DNA of 64,000 nucleotides from Chloroflexota bacterium (GCA_027623675.1 JAQBVF010000006.1:1-64000); one strand, 5' to 3'; numbered from the stretch's first letter, positions 18,456-28,737 are shown. Program-made: numbers and translations. The notes: generated from the sequence alone by a model not told the origin.

Positions 18456-19391
18456 CTAGAGCCTTGCCCCGATGAAGCCGGGTGCGCCGCGCAGGAAGTC
18501 GCCCGCCGGCACTGCCCGCTTGCCCTCCAACTGGACGGTTCTCAGCCCCAGCAGCCCCTGCGCGGTGACCACGGCCGCGGGAGCATCCGGGTCGCCAGAC
18601 TCGACAACCAAGCCCGGTTCGCCGCCCGAGCCGCCCGGCAGGACCGACACCGCGACAAGTTTGAGTCCGCTGCCGTTCCAGTGGGTGAACAACCCCGGCC
18701 ACGGAGTGAAGGCGCGGGACCGGCGGTCCAGTTCCTCGGCAGTCAGAGTCCAGTCGGCGAGACCGTCTGAACGCTCCAGCTTGCGGGTTACGGTTGCCAG
18801 GGCGTCGTCCTGAGGCGTGGCTTTCAGTTCTCCGGACTGCCACCGGGGTAGGGTCCGTTTCAGGAGTTGCCCGCCCAATTCGAATAGCGTCTGGGTCAGG
18901 CCCACCGCTGTTTCTTCCCCGGCTAAGGCGTATTCCTCTTGGGCGATCAACGGTCCGGTGTCCATGCCTTCGTCCAGGAGCATCAAAGTCACCCCCGTGA
19001 CCCGGTCGCCCTCAAGGATCGCCGTGGCCACCGGGGAGGGTCCCCTATGTTTCGGCAGCAGCGACGGATGGATGTTCAAGCAGCCCAGGGGCGCTGCCTC
19101 CAAAACCGGCTTTGGCAGCAACTTGCCGTAAGCGGCCACGATGATGGCGTCCGGTTTCAGTTTCGCCAACTCGGACTGGGCGGCTGCCGAGCGGAGGCTG
19201 GCCGGCTGGAACACCGGAAGACCAAGCTCGAGCGCAAAATCTTTTACCGGAGACGATTGCTCGCGGCGGCCCCGGCCCGCCGGACGGTCCGGTGGGGTGT
19301 AGACCCCGGCCACGTCCCAGCCTTCCAGGTGTGTTAAGCCGGCGAGCACTGGAACGGCGAATGTCGGGGTGCCCATGAAGACCAAACGCAT
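18456..19391 (-). CDS. fmt: Methionyl-tRNA formyltransferase
   Basis: VFMGTPTFA, LNIHPSLLP, MDTGP. Confidence 0.96.
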   Translation of the reverse strand: MRLVFMGTPTFAVPVLAGLTHLEGWDVAGVYTPPDRPAGRGRREQSSPVKDFALELGLPVFQPASLRSAAAQSELAKLKPDAIIVAAYGKLLPKPVLEAAPLGCLNIHPSLLPKHRGPSPVATAILEGDRVTGVTLMLLDEGMDTGPLIAQEEYALAGEETAVGLTQTLFELGGQLLKRTLPRWQSGELKATPQDDALATVTRKLERSDGLADWTLTAEELDRRSRAFTPWPGLFTHWNGSGLKLVAVSVLPGGSGGEPGLVVESGDPDAPAAVVTAQGLLGLRTVQLEGKRAVPAGDFLRGAPGFIGARL

Positions 19392-19464
19392 GAAAACCGA
19401 AGACCTCGGCGGGAAAAATGACCGGAGCGGGGGGACAAAAGGCCGCTACAACCCCAGATTTGCC

Positions 19465-19494
19465 TTGACACCTAAAAATGCCGGTTGCTAGAAT
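19465..19494 (+). promoter_or_regulatory. Sigma70 promoter (extended -10)
   Basis: TTGACA-18bp-TAGAAT with TG upstream of the -10. Confidence 0.65.
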
Positions 19495-19537
19495 ACCTTA
19501 ACCGCTTGGCGGGAATAAATGAAGGAGGTGAAGACGA

Positions 19538-19609
19538 ATGGATGTTAGTTTAATACGCAGGGGCGATGGTAGGCATCAGTCTGGACGCGACGAGGTGATT
19601 GTTTCGTAG
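19538..19609 (+). CDS. Putative 23-aa small ORF MDVSLIRRGDGRHQSGRDEVIVS
   Basis: Perfect AAGGAGGTG Shine-Dalgarno 7 nt upstream of the ATG, just downstream of a promoter. Confidence 0.45.
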   Translation: MDVSLIRRGDGRHQSGRDEVIVS

Positions 19610-19668
19610 CGCGAGCATCGAAATAGTAACCCGTACGTCGGGCCCAGGCCAATGTCTACCATCGCCCC
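19560..19668 (+). ncRNA. Long imperfect RNA hairpin of unknown class
   Basis: 17-bp basal stem GGGGCGATGGTAGGCAT/ATGTCTACCATCGCCCC, further helices with G-U pairs, and a GCGA (GNRA) apical loop. Confidence 0.5.
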
Positions 19669-19801
19669 TAGACCCCGGTTTGTACCAAAGTAGGGCGAAT
19701 CAAGCAACCCCAGAGTTGGCCGGGCCCGATTTTTTTGCCCGGCGAACCCCCCGAAGGCACAGTTCGGACCTCTGGCTTAAGTGGAAAGACAGTCTGGTCG
19801 T

Positions 19802-19831
19802 TTGACAATAAATTACCCCACGCCGTAAAAT
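19802..19831 (+). promoter_or_regulatory. Promoter of the rpsP operon
   Basis: TTGACA-18bp-TAAAAT. Confidence 0.6.
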
Positions 19832-19881
19832 CGCCACGCATAGGGGCCGCTATGACGGTACCCTGGAGAATTGAGATTTAG

Positions 19882-20334
19882 ATGATTCGGATTCGGCTTG
19901 CTAGGGTCGGCAAGAAAAGCCACCCTTCTTACAGGATAGTTGTTGCGGAGATCAAGGCCCCCCGGGACGGTTCCTATCTGGAATGGATCGGGAACTACGA
20001 CCCAATGGCGGACCCGCCCGCCGTTACGCTCAAGGAAGACCGCGCCGCCCACTGGCTGAGCATGGGCGCAAGGCCCAGCGACGCAGTCTCCCGGATACTG
20101 GCCAATAACGGCCTGATGGAGCGCACCCAGACCTTTAAGACTGGCGTGAAGAAGAATGGCGAGGCCCCGGCAGCCGCACCCCGTGCCGCCGCCCCAGCCG
20201 CCGCCGCTCCGACTGCTGTCGCGGAAGCTCCGGCTGAAGAAGCCCCGGTTGACGAGGCCCCGGTGGAACAAGCGCCTGAAGAGGCCCCAGCCGCTGAGGA
20301 AGAAGCCTCCGGTGAAGAAAAGCCTGCTGAATAA
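19882..20334 (+). CDS. rpsP: 30S ribosomal protein S16 with an Ala/Glu/Pro-rich tail
   Basis: MIRIRLARVGKK..YRIVVA..PRDG..GNYDP. Confidence 0.96.
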   Translation: MIRIRLARVGKKSHPSYRIVVAEIKAPRDGSYLEWIGNYDPMADPPAVTLKEDRAAHWLSMGARPSDAVSRILANNGLMERTQTFKTGVKKNGEAPAAAPRAAAPAAAAPTAVAEAPAEEAPVDEAPVEQAPEEAPAAEEEASGEEKPAE

Positions 20335-20409
20335 GCAACGGCCTTGGTTTGCCGCCCACCTTTGATTCCACTCGCGTACCCATTTATTGACGCGTGCCGG
20401 TAACTTTTT

Positions 20410-20637
20410 ATGAAAGATCTGATTGAATACATCGCCCGGTCTTTGGCCAGCGACCCCGACTCGGTGGTGGTAACCGAATCCGTGGAAGATGGCCGCACCG
20501 TGTTCCGGCTTCAAGTGGCTGACGAAGACAAAGGGAAAGTGATTGGCCGGCAGGGCCGCGTCGCCCAAGCCATGCGGGTCCTGCTGCGGGTGGCGGCGGT
20601 TAAAAACGGCAGTCAGGCCGTGCTGGAAATCGTATAA
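20410..20637 (+). CDS. khpA: KH-domain RNA-binding protein
   Basis: DKGKVIGRQGRVA, located between rpsP and rimM. Confidence 0.92.
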   Translation: MKDLIEYIARSLASDPDSVVVTESVEDGRTVFRLQVADEDKGKVIGRQGRVAQAMRVLLRVAAVKNGSQAVLEIV

Positions 20638-20709
20638 CTCCCTCCCTGTATTCCTCCCCTCGCGGATCATCGCCCTCTGGATATTGCGCGGACTTCTCGA
20701 ACGTCAGCC

Positions 20710-21285
20710 ATGTCTGATTCGCCGGTCCCATCCTCTTCCCCTTCACCGGAACGTCACGCCGACGCACCGTCAGCCGAGATCGTCGCCGTGGGACGCATAC
20801 TTGGCGCCCACGGCAAAGACGGCGGTGTGCGGGTTAAATCCATCAGCGACGTGCCGGGCCGCTTCGATGCAGAAGAGGTATTGTCGCTGTCGCGCGATGG
20901 TGTCGTGGCCCAAGAACAGACCTGCCAGATATCTTTCAGCCGGCCCATCGCCAATGGCGAGCTAATCATCTGGTTCAGAGGGGTCCGCACCCGTGAAGAT
21001 GCCCAACCCCTTGCCGGGTCCTGGCTGTGCGTGCCCCTGTCCGACGTGCCCGAGGCCGAAGAAGGCGAGTATTTCCACTATCAGTTGGTGGGTTTGAAGG
21101 TAAGCACTGCGGACGGCGAAGAACTGGGTGAACTCACCGAGATACTGGAAACTGGCAGCAACGACGTCTACGTGATCGCCGGGCCCGAAGGTGAGATATT
21201 GGTGCCCGCTATCAGCAAGGTCATCCGGCGGATCGATATCGTCGCCGGACTGATGGTCGTCGATTTACCTGAAGGCCTGCGCTGA
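20710..21285 (+). CDS. rimM: 16S rRNA processing protein RimM
   Basis: VGRILGAHG, GEYFHYQLVG, ETGSNDVY. Confidence 0.94.
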   Translation: MSDSPVPSSSPSPERHADAPSAEIVAVGRILGAHGKDGGVRVKSISDVPGRFDAEEVLSLSRDGVVAQEQTCQISFSRPIANGELIIWFRGVRTREDAQPLAGSWLCVPLSDVPEAEEGEYFHYQLVGLKVSTADGEELGELTEILETGSNDVYVIAGPEGEILVPAISKVIRRIDIVAGLMVVDLPEGLR

Positions 21286-21455
21286 AATCACTTTGACCCG
21301 CGTTTGGGCCGGTGCTAAAATCCAGACTAGAGGGTACCCTGGGCCTTTCTCGCCAAACCTGAGTAACGAACATTAAAATCAAACATCACTAGCGGGAAAA
21401 GAATCAGCAGCGTAGACGGTGCTACGCTCGTTCATTCTCCCGGGAGGTCACAGCC

Positions 21456-22220
21456 ATGTCCGGTCACTCTAAATGGTCAACCATCAAGCACCAGAAAGGG
21501 GCAGCCGACGCCAAACGCGGCGTTCTGTTCACCAAGATCAGCCGTGAATTGGCCATCGCCGTCAAGAATGGTGGCAGCCCAGACCCAAGCATGAACTTCC
21601 ACCTCCGCCTGGTGTTGGACAAGGCCAAGAGCGCCAACATGCCCCAGGACAGCATCTCCCGGGCCATAAAACGGGGCAGCGGCGAGGGCTCGGACGGCGA
21701 AGTGCTTGAGGAGATCACCTACGAGGGCTACGGGCCTGGCGGCGGGGCGATCCTGTTGCAGGCTCTGACCACCAACCGGAACCGGACCGCCGCCGACGTG
21801 CGGTCGGCCTTCAACCGGGGGGGCGGCAACCTTGGTGAGAGCGGCTGCGTCGCCTGGAACTTCGACCCCAAAGGCGTTATCAGCCTGGAGATGAAGGACG
21901 AAGAGCGGGGCGAAGAACTGGGTCTGATCGCCATTGACGCCGGCGCCGACGACGTACGATTGGAAGACGAATTTCTGGAGATATTCACCGCCGTCGACCA
22001 ACTGCAGAAAGTGCAGAAGGTGCTTGAAGGCGAGGGAGTGCCTCCGGATGCCGCTCAGATCTCGATGGTCCCCAAAACGACCATCGCTCTGGACGAGAAA
22101 CAGGCGGAGCAGACGCTGCGGCTTCTGGATGTCCTTGAGGACTTGGACGATGTGCAGAAGGCCTACACCAACGCCGACTTCCCTCCGGAAGTGATGGAGC
22201 GTTACGGAGCTGAAGCCTAG
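21456..22220 (+). CDS. yebC: YebC/PmpR family protein
   Basis: MSGHSKWSTIKHQK, YEGYGPGG. Confidence 0.96.
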   Translation: MSGHSKWSTIKHQKGAADAKRGVLFTKISRELAIAVKNGGSPDPSMNFHLRLVLDKAKSANMPQDSISRAIKRGSGEGSDGEVLEEITYEGYGPGGGAILLQALTTNRNRTAADVRSAFNRGGGNLGESGCVAWNFDPKGVISLEMKDEERGEELGLIAIDAGADDVRLEDEFLEIFTAVDQLQKVQKVLEGEGVPPDAAQISMVPKTTIALDEKQAEQTLRLLDVLEDLDDVQKAYTNADFPPEVMERYGAEA

Positions 22221-22262
22221 GCGGCGGCGACACGGTCTATCAGACTAAAGGCGGGGCGGTGT

Positions 22263-22778
22263 ATGGGTATTTTGGGGATCGACCCTGGAACTTTGCGAAT
22301 GGGCTACGGGCTGATCTCCGATGGCCCCCATGCCGATGATTACGGCGTGATTGCTCTCCCGCGCAGCATGCCGCTGGAAAAACGGCTCTACCAACTTCAC
22401 ACCCACATCCTGAACCTGATTTCCATTTTCCAGCCCACCGCCGTCGCCGTGGAACAGCCGTTCATGGGCAAGGGCGAACGCAGCTTCGCCGGATCGGCCA
22501 TGGCCATCGGTCAGGCGCAGGCTGCAGTCTTCATCGGCGCGGCCAGTCAGGGCATCCCCATATTCAAGTACGCCCCGGCCCAGGTGAAGAGCGCCGTGGC
22601 CGACTACGGCGCGGCCTCCAAAGAGCAGATGCGTGAGATAGTCACCGCCACTCTCGGACTCGAAGAGATTCCTGAGTCCGACGCCGCCGACGCCCTGGCG
22701 GTGGGCCTCTGCCACTTGATGCAGTACCAGGCTGAGGTTGCTCTTGGCCGAATCATCCCTCCGGGTCAAGAGCGCTGA
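22263..22778 (+). CDS. ruvC: Holliday junction resolvase
   Basis: ILGIDPG, AVEQ, DAADALA. Confidence 0.95.
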   Translation: MGILGIDPGTLRMGYGLISDGPHADDYGVIALPRSMPLEKRLYQLHTHILNLISIFQPTAVAVEQPFMGKGERSFAGSAMAIGQAQAAVFIGAASQGIPIFKYAPAQVKSAVADYGAASKEQMREIVTATLGLEEIPESDAADALAVGLCHLMQYQAEVALGRIIPPGQER

Positions 22779-22827
22779 TGCCTGGATACGCCGGCGCGAA
22801 CAAACCCAGGTCTTTGACGGAGATCAG

Positions 22828-23412
22828 ATGATCATCGGCGTGCACGGCACCCTGGAAACCACCGGCCCCGATTGGGCGAATGTCCGCGTCGGGGGGGTGA
22901 CCCTTCAGGTGTTCGTCCCGGCCAACACGGTGTCCGGACTGGGGGCCGCCGGGTCCCAGGTGACCTTGCACACCCACCTGCGCATCCGCGACGAACAGCC
23001 AGTTCTGTACGGCTTCACCGACGCGGCCGCCCTGGGCCTGTTCACCATGCTCACCGCAGTGTCGGGCGTGGGGCCGAGAATGGCCTTGGCATTGCTTTCC
23101 GCCCTCGAACCATCCCGCCTGCAAACCGCCATCGTAACGGGAGACATCGCCGCATTGTCATCGGCCCAAGGAGTCGGCAACCGCACCGCCAGCCGCATCG
23201 TGTTGGACCTGAAAGGCAAGCTCGACGACGCTGAATTCGCGGATCTGGGAGGCCCAGGCGATTTGGACGGTCAGGTTATCGCGGCTCTAACCGCCCTGGG
23301 CTACACTCCCGCCGAAGCCAGGGCCGCCGCCGCCGTCCCGGCAGTGGCCGCGGAGGCCGACGTGGACGACCGGATCAGGGTCGCGCTCCAACAGTTCGCC
23401 ACCCGAGGCTGA
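22828..23412 (+). CDS. ruvA: Holliday junction branch migration protein
   Basis: LYGF, VSGVGPRMAL, GVGNRTASRI, ALTALGY. Confidence 0.95.
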   Translation: MIIGVHGTLETTGPDWANVRVGGVTLQVFVPANTVSGLGAAGSQVTLHTHLRIRDEQPVLYGFTDAAALGLFTMLTAVSGVGPRMALALLSALEPSRLQTAIVTGDIAALSSAQGVGNRTASRIVLDLKGKLDDAEFADLGGPGDLDGQVIAALTALGYTPAEARAAAAVPAVAAEADVDDRIRVALQQFATRG

Positions 23413-23521
23413 GGGCCACCCATCTAGGGAAAACCGCCTATTTGACACGCCGAACGTGCGGCCCGGCCTTTACCCTTATATAATGACCACACGATGAATC
23501 TATCAAGGGCGCGAGCGTAAC

Positions 23522-25648
23522 ATGGCGACCTACGCGCGGGGCAAGAAATGGGCCGACGCTGGGAAAGATGTCCAAGAGACTTGGAACTCCAAGTTCCAAC
23601 CCGAGGACCGCAGGTTCGAGCTGGTGTCCGATTTCGAGATGACCGGGGATCAACCCGGCGCCGTAGCACGCCTGGTTGATGGCGTGAACAACGGCGTTGC
23701 CAAACAGACCATGCTGGGCGTGACCGGTAGCGGCAAGACCTTCTCCATGGCCAATATCGTCCAACAGGTGCAGCGCCCCACGCTGGTCATGGCCCACAAC
23801 AAAACGCTGGCGGCCCAGTTGGCCTCCGAGTTCAAAGAATTCTTCCCCCACAACGCGGTGGAATACTTCGTCTCCTACTACGATTATTACCAACCAGAAG
23901 CCTACGTTGCCCAGTCGGACACCTATATCGAGAAGGACTCCAGCGTCAACGAAGAACTGGACAAGCTGCGTCTCTCCTCAACCACGTCCCTGCTCACCCG
24001 GCGCGATGTCTTGATCGTCGCCTCCGTCTCCTGCATCTATGGCCTGGGAGACCCCAACGACTACTTCAACCTGGTGGCCCAGGTCAAAGTCGGCGAAACC
24101 CGCAACCGCAGCCAGTTGGTGCGCCAATTGGTGGACATGCAGTACGAGCGCAACGACATGGACCTGGCCCGGGCCAAGTTCCGAATCCGGGGCGACACGC
24201 TGGAGTTGGTACCGGCTTACGAAGACGCCGCGGTGCGCATCCAGTTCTTCGGCGACGACGTGGAGCGCATCGTACAGCTCGACCCGTTGACCGGAGAGAT
24301 ACTGGCCGACCTGCCATCGGTGTCCATCTACCCCGCCAACCACTTCGTCACCTCCAAAGAGAAGCTGGAATTGGCTGTGAACAGCATCCGGGACGAACTG
24401 GCCGTGCGGCTCAAGGAACTCAAAGACGCCGGCAAGATCCTTGAGGCCGCCCGGCTGGAGAGCCGCACGCATTACGACCTGGAGATGCTGCAAGAGACCG
24501 GTTTCTGCTCGGGCGTCGAGAACTACGCCCGCCACCTGTCCCAGCGGCCCCCCGGCAGCGCTCCATGGACCCTGCTGGACTACTTCCCCGACGACTACCT
24601 GATGTTCGTGGACGAGTCCCACATGACCCTCCCACAGGTGCGCGGCATGTACCGCGGCGACATGTCCCGCAAGTCCACGCTGGTGGATTTCGGGTTCCGC
24701 CTGCCGTCGGCCATGGACAACCGGCCTCTCAACTTCGACGAGTACGAAGAACACCTCAACCAGGTGGTGTACGTCTCGGCCACGCCGGGGCCCTACGAAT
24801 TGCAGAACAGCCGGACGGTGGTGGAGCAGGTTATCCGGCCCACCGGGCTGCTGGACCCAACGGTGGAGGTCAAACCCACCGAAGGCCAGATCGACGACCT
24901 CCTCCAGGAGATCAAGAAGCGCATCGAGCGGTCCGAGCGGATACTGGTGACCACCCTCACCAAGCGGATGGCCGAGGAACTGGCCGATTACCTTTCGGAG
25001 ATGGGCATCCGCAATACCTACCTGCACTCGGACATCCAAACGTTGGACCGCATCGAGATACTGCGTGACCTGCGCCTGGGCGTGTATGACGTCATCGTGG
25101 GCATCAACCTGCTGCGGGAGGGCTTGGACCTGCCTGAGGTCAGCCTGGTGGCCATCCTGGACGCCGACAAAGAGGGATATCTGCGCTCCGAGACGTCCAT
25201 GGTCCAGACCATCGGCCGGGCCGCGCGTCATTCCAGCGGTCACGTCATCATGTACGCCGATCGGATGACCGACTCCATGAAGAAGGCCATCGACGAGACC
25301 AACCGCCGCCGCGCCATCCAGACCGACCACAACAAGCGGCACGGCATCGAGCCCATGAGCATCCAGAAAGAGGTCCACGACATCACCGAGGGCATCAAGG
25401 CCATCGCCGAGAGCCGGACCCGCTATAACGTGGTGCGCAAAGAGATGTCGCGCACCGACATGTTCAAGGTGGTCAAAGACCTGGAAGTCCAGATGAAAGA
25501 ATCGGCCAAGAACCTGCAGTTCGAGAAGGCCGCCCAGTTCCGCGACGAGATCTTCGAACTCCGCCGCCTCCTGGCCCTGGAAGAAAAGACCATCGGCCCC
25601 GGCTGCCCCATGCCCCTGGAAGACGTGGAGGAGGGGGAGCCGACGTAG
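23522..25648 (+). CDS. uvrB: Excinuclease ABC subunit B
   Basis: [33 protein letters not shown]-terminal UVR domain. Confidence 0.98.
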   Translation: MATYARGKKWADAGKDVQETWNSKFQPEDRRFELVSDFEMTGDQPGAVARLVDGVNNGVAKQTMLGVTGSGKTFSMANIVQQVQRPTLVMAHNKTLAAQLASEFKEFFPHNAVEYFVSYYDYYQPEAYVAQSDTYIEKDSSVNEELDKLRLSSTTSLLTRRDVLIVASVSCIYGLGDPNDYFNLVAQVKVGETRNRSQLVRQLVDMQYERNDMDLARAKFRIRGDTLELVPAYEDAAVRIQFFGDDVERIVQLDPLTGEILADLPSVSIYPANHFVTSKEKLELAVNSIRDELAVRLKELKDAGKILEAARLESRTHYDLEMLQETGFCSGVENYARHLSQRPPGSAPWTLLDYFPDDYLMFVDESHMTLPQVRGMYRGDMSRKSTLVDFGFRLPSAMDNRPLNFDEYEEHLNQVVYVSATPGPYELQNSRTVVEQVIRPTGLLDPTVEVKPTEGQIDDLLQEIKKRIERSERILVTTLTKRMAEELADYLSEMGIRNTYLHSDIQTLDRIEILRDLRLGVYDVIVGINLLREGLDLPEVSLVAILDADKEGYLRSETSMVQTIGRAARHSSGHVIMYADRMTDSMKKAIDETNRRRAIQTDHNKRHGIEPMSIQKEVHDITEGIKAIAESRTRYNVVRKEMSRTDMFKVVKDLEVQMKESAKNLQFEKAAQFRDEIFELRRLLALEEKTIGPGCPMPLEDVEEGEPT

Positions 25649-25705
25649 GTTCCTTTCCTTCTTCGCCGACCGGGGTTCCGGTCACCCATAGCCGCCCCGC
25701 ATCTG

Positions 25706-25797
25706 GTCATTATGACCGACAACATAGAATCTCGTTGCTATGGAAAGTGTCTTCGCGTCCCGGCAACGAGACCCCTCGCTATCACTCGGGGTGACAG
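25706..25797. repeat. Degenerate REP-like palindrome
   Basis: GTCATT..GAATCTCGTTGC faces GCAACGAGACCCCTCGCT..GGGTGACA. Confidence 0.5.
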
Positions 25798-25875
25798 ACG
25801 CGCACGGGCATCCCAGATCAGTCGGGGTGCCCGTGCGGTGCCCAGGATCGCCTCGCTGGAGGGGCCTTTTGAAAC

Positions 25876-26694
25876 CTACTTCTTGATATCCCAGCCCAGG
25901 AAGTTGCAGACGGCTTGGCCCATGACCAGGTCTAGGTCGTTCCCCGAGAGCCAGGGTAGCTCCTCGGTAAACATGGTCACGCACTGCTGCCACGAGCAGG
26001 GCATTCGGGTGATGTCGGTGCCCCAGAACATGCGCTCCGGGCCGAAGGCATCGTAGATCTGGTGCAAGTAGTCGTGGATGCTGGAGTAGGGGTAGCCGCC
26101 ACTGGAGTAGCTGGGCGCGCCGGTGGCCTTGATGGCCACGTTGGGGTACTTGGCCAGGTCCAGCATCTGGGGCAGAGTGGCGAAGCACTCGGCGTCGGTC
26201 TTGCCGCCAACCCGGCCCAGGTGGTCGACGATCAGCTTCAGATTAGGGTGCGCCTCCGCGATGGGCGCGACCATGGACATATGATTGGAGGCCATCAGGG
26301 CCACCGGGATTCCCAGGCGTTCCGCCTCCGGCCACACCCAGTCCATGGTGCCGTCCGTCGGCCAGGTTGCTTGGTGGGGCTGGGTGAAGCTGAACCGGAA
26401 TCCCAGCATGCCTGGCTGGTCCAGCCAGCCGTCAACCAGTCCGCGGCTTTCGGGTTGGTCCAACGGTATCTTGCCCAGGATGGACAGCCGGTTGGGGTGC
26501 TCTTTCGCCGCCTCCAGAGCCAACTCGTCGGACCCCGGGTCCCAGCTCGGTGGATGGATGATGGCCGCGTCGATCCCTGACTCGTCCATCTCCTTCAGCA
26601 GGTCTTCCTTGGTGAAATCGGGGATCTGACGGTGGCCGGGGTTGGCGGGGATGTGGCCCGTCCAGAGGTGGACCTGCGCGTCTACGATCAGCAT
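25876..26694 (-). CDS. Amidohydrolase_2 family protein
   Basis: IVDAQVH, IVDHLG, FGPERMFWGTD. Confidence 0.9.
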   Translation of the reverse strand: MLIVDAQVHLWTGHIPANPGHRQIPDFTKEDLLKEMDESGIDAAIIHPPSWDPGSDELALEAAKEHPNRLSILGKIPLDQPESRGLVDGWLDQPGMLGFRFSFTQPHQATWPTDGTMDWVWPEAERLGIPVALMASNHMSMVAPIAEAHPNLKLIVDHLGRVGGKTDAECFATLPQMLDLAKYPNVAIKATGAPSYSSGGYPYSSIHDYLHQIYDAFGPERMFWGTDITRMPCSWQQCVTMFTEELPWLSGNDLDLVMGQAVCNFLGWDIKK

Positions 26695-26809
26695 CGGTTG
26701 GTCTCCTATCTCTCTTTCTTGTTGTTGTTTGGCCGGGCCGCGCCCGTTCTGGCAGTTACGTGCGCCGCGCCTTATGTGTCATTGCCGGTGTCGAAATGCT
26801 CCCCTGATC

Positions 26810-26978
26810 GCATCTTGAGGCGTCAGCCGAAGGATCTTGTTGCCGCTTGAGCCAGCTTACCTCAGATTCCTAGATCCTTCGTCCTTCCCCGGAAGGACTC
26901 AGGATGACAGGTTGGGTCGGGTCAGGATGACGGGTGGGATCGGGTCGTGATGACGGGTGGGATCGGGTCATGATGATG
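26810..26978. repeat. REP-like palindrome plus short tandem repeats
   Basis: CATCTTGAGG..GAAGGATCT faces AGATCCTTCG..CTCAGGATGACA, followed by ~23-bp TCGGGTCaggATGAC-like repeats. Confidence 0.6.
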
Positions 26979-27003
26979 TTGGAGTAACCAACGTGTTGAA
27001 CGG

Positions 27004-27867
27004 CTATCCCGCCGCCACCAATCGGTGCAGCCGGGTTAGGAGCGCGCCGTTCTCCTCGGCGGAGAAGTTGTCGGCGGTTGGAACGGCCTCGCCGGTGGTG
27101 CCGTCCACCAGCCCCGCATCGACCATGCCGTGCAGCATGGCGGTTTCGGCCTCCACCGAGGGGAGAAGGTTCCGGCCGGCGATCGTGGACATGGCGGCCA
27201 CCAATCCGTAGCCGCCCCAATTGGACACGCTGGCGATGACCAGCCGGTCGACCTGATTGACCGCCGGGTAGTTGGGCAGGCTGTCCACCGTGGGGATCAC
27301 GTCGGCCAGGTTGCCCATGCCGATCTCGTTGCCGCCGTCGCCGATGCCCACCGATGGGACGGGTGAGTCGAATAGGTAGTCCAGCCGGGCCGTGTAAGCA
27401 GAGATGTCGGCGTAGCGCATGTTCAGGTAGGTGTCTTCACGGGTGCGGCCGCAGCGCTCGATGGAGATCAGCAGCGAGGGCTTTACCCGCTCCAATATGG
27501 CCGCCGCGTGCTTCTTGCTGGCGGTCTTGCCGTCGATGGGGAAGTCGATCACGTCGGAACGGTTGGCGTAGCGGCGGAGTAGCGGCGTGGCGTATCGGTC
27601 ACTCACGTACGTCACCTGTCGGCCCAGAGCTTTCAAGGCCTCGCCGATGGCGATGGCGCCCGGCGGCCCGTCGGTTTCAGCCTTGCCGGCCATGAGCACG
27701 TAGAACCCGGTGACGATTATCACTGCGCCGGGCCCGGCAGCTCCGACGGAATTGTCGATCACGAACCGGGCGGCCTGGGAACAGTAGTCGTCGGGAAGAT
27801 GGCGCCTTAAAGTCAACATCCCCCGCTTGTCCTGGTCCAGGATGATGTCTTCTATCGTTTCGTCCAA
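27004..27867 (-). CDS. DUF4392 protein (D-glutamate cyclase C-terminal-like)
   Basis: TGFY..ETDGPPGA, IERCG, GIGDGGNEIGMG, SVSNWGGY. Confidence 0.88.
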   Translation of the reverse strand: MDETIEDIILDQDKRGMLTLRRHLPDDYCSQAARFVIDNSVGAAGPGAVIIVTGFYVLMAGKAETDGPPGAIAIGEALKALGRQVTYVSDRYATPLLRRYANRSDVIDFPIDGKTASKKHAAAILERVKPSLLISIERCGRTREDTYLNMRYADISAYTARLDYLFDSPVPSVGIGDGGNEIGMGNLADVIPTVDSLPNYPAVNQVDRLVIASVSNWGGYGLVAAMSTIAGRNLLPSVEAETAMLHGMVDAGLVDGTTGEAVPTADNFSAEENGALLTRLHRLVAAG

Positions 27868-27942
27868 ATCACCCCAAGAAATGACGCCCGAGAGCCAAAG
27901 AGTTTGCCAAAGGTCTTGCCAAAGGTTTTAATCGAAGCGGCG

Positions 27943-28737
27943 CTACAACACCGCGTAGTCGGCGTCCCGCTGGTCGGTGATGAACATCTTGCCGGGGGCG
28001 TGAGTAATCATCAGCGGCGGTTTGCAATTCAGCGCCACGGCCTGAGGGGTTACGCCGCAGGCCCAGAACACCGGTTCCTCATCGTCTTTGATCTCGACCG
28101 CGTCGCCGAAGTCGGGCTTGGTGATGTCGAAGATGCCGATGTCGCTGGGGCTGCCGATGTGTACCGGGGCGCCGTGGGTGGCGGGGAACCGGGAGGTCAC
28201 CTGCACGGCCCGGATCACCTGTTCGCGCTTCACCGGCCGCATGCTGACGACCATCGGCCCCGAAAATATCCCCGCCGGAGTGGTTGCGATGTTGGTGATA
28301 TACATGGCCACGTTGTTGCCGGTCTGCTGATGGCGCAGGGGTATCCCGGCGTCGACCATGGCGGTCTCGAATGAGAAACTGCAGCCCAGGAGGAACGAGA
28401 CCAGGTCGTCGCGCCAGTAGTCTTCGATGGTGTCCACCTCGGCGGTGAGCAGGCCGTTCTCGTAGACCCGGTAACCGGCGGCATCGGTCCGGATGTCCGC
28501 GCCCGGAGATGTGATGATGGGCTCGGTCTGTCCCGGCTCGATCACTTCCAGCAACGGACAGGGCTTGGGATTCCGCTGGCAAAAGAGCAGAAAGTCGAAG
28601 GCCAGGTCCTTGGGGAGAATCGCCAGGTTGGCCTGGACGTGCCCCGGCGCCACGCCCGACGTGATGCCCCGCCAGGAGTGCGAACGTATCTGCTGGCGTA
28701 CCTCTTGGGGTGTACCCGATATCATTAGGGCGCTCAT
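27943..28737 (-). CDS. DUF1445/YcsI putative hydro-lyase (D-glutamate cyclase N-terminal-like)
   Basis: QANL, FCQRNPKPCP, GCSFSFE, FWACGVTPQ, ITHAPG. Confidence 0.92.
   Translation of the reverse strand: MSALMISGTPQEVRQQIRSHSWRGITSGVAPGHVQANLAILPKDLAFDFLLFCQRNPKPCPLLEVIEPGQTEPIITSPGADIRTDAAGYRVYENGLLTAEVDTIEDYWRDDLVSFLLGCSFSFETAMVDAGIPLRHQQTGNNVAMYITNIATTPAGIFSGPMVVSMRPVKREQVIRAVQVTSRFPATHGAPVHIGSPSDIGIFDITKPDFGDAVEIKDDEEPVFWACGVTPQAVALNCKPPLMITHAPGKMFITDQRDADYAVL

Noticed and set aside
19560..19668. SRP (4.5S) RNA
   Set aside because: The size fits, but the conserved CAGG..GGAA..GCAG helix-8 motif is absent.
23978..25378. Long antisense ORFs (also opposite 41.9, 47.4 and 55 kb)
   Set aside because: These are shadow ORFs from high-GC codon bias, opposite well-supported genes.
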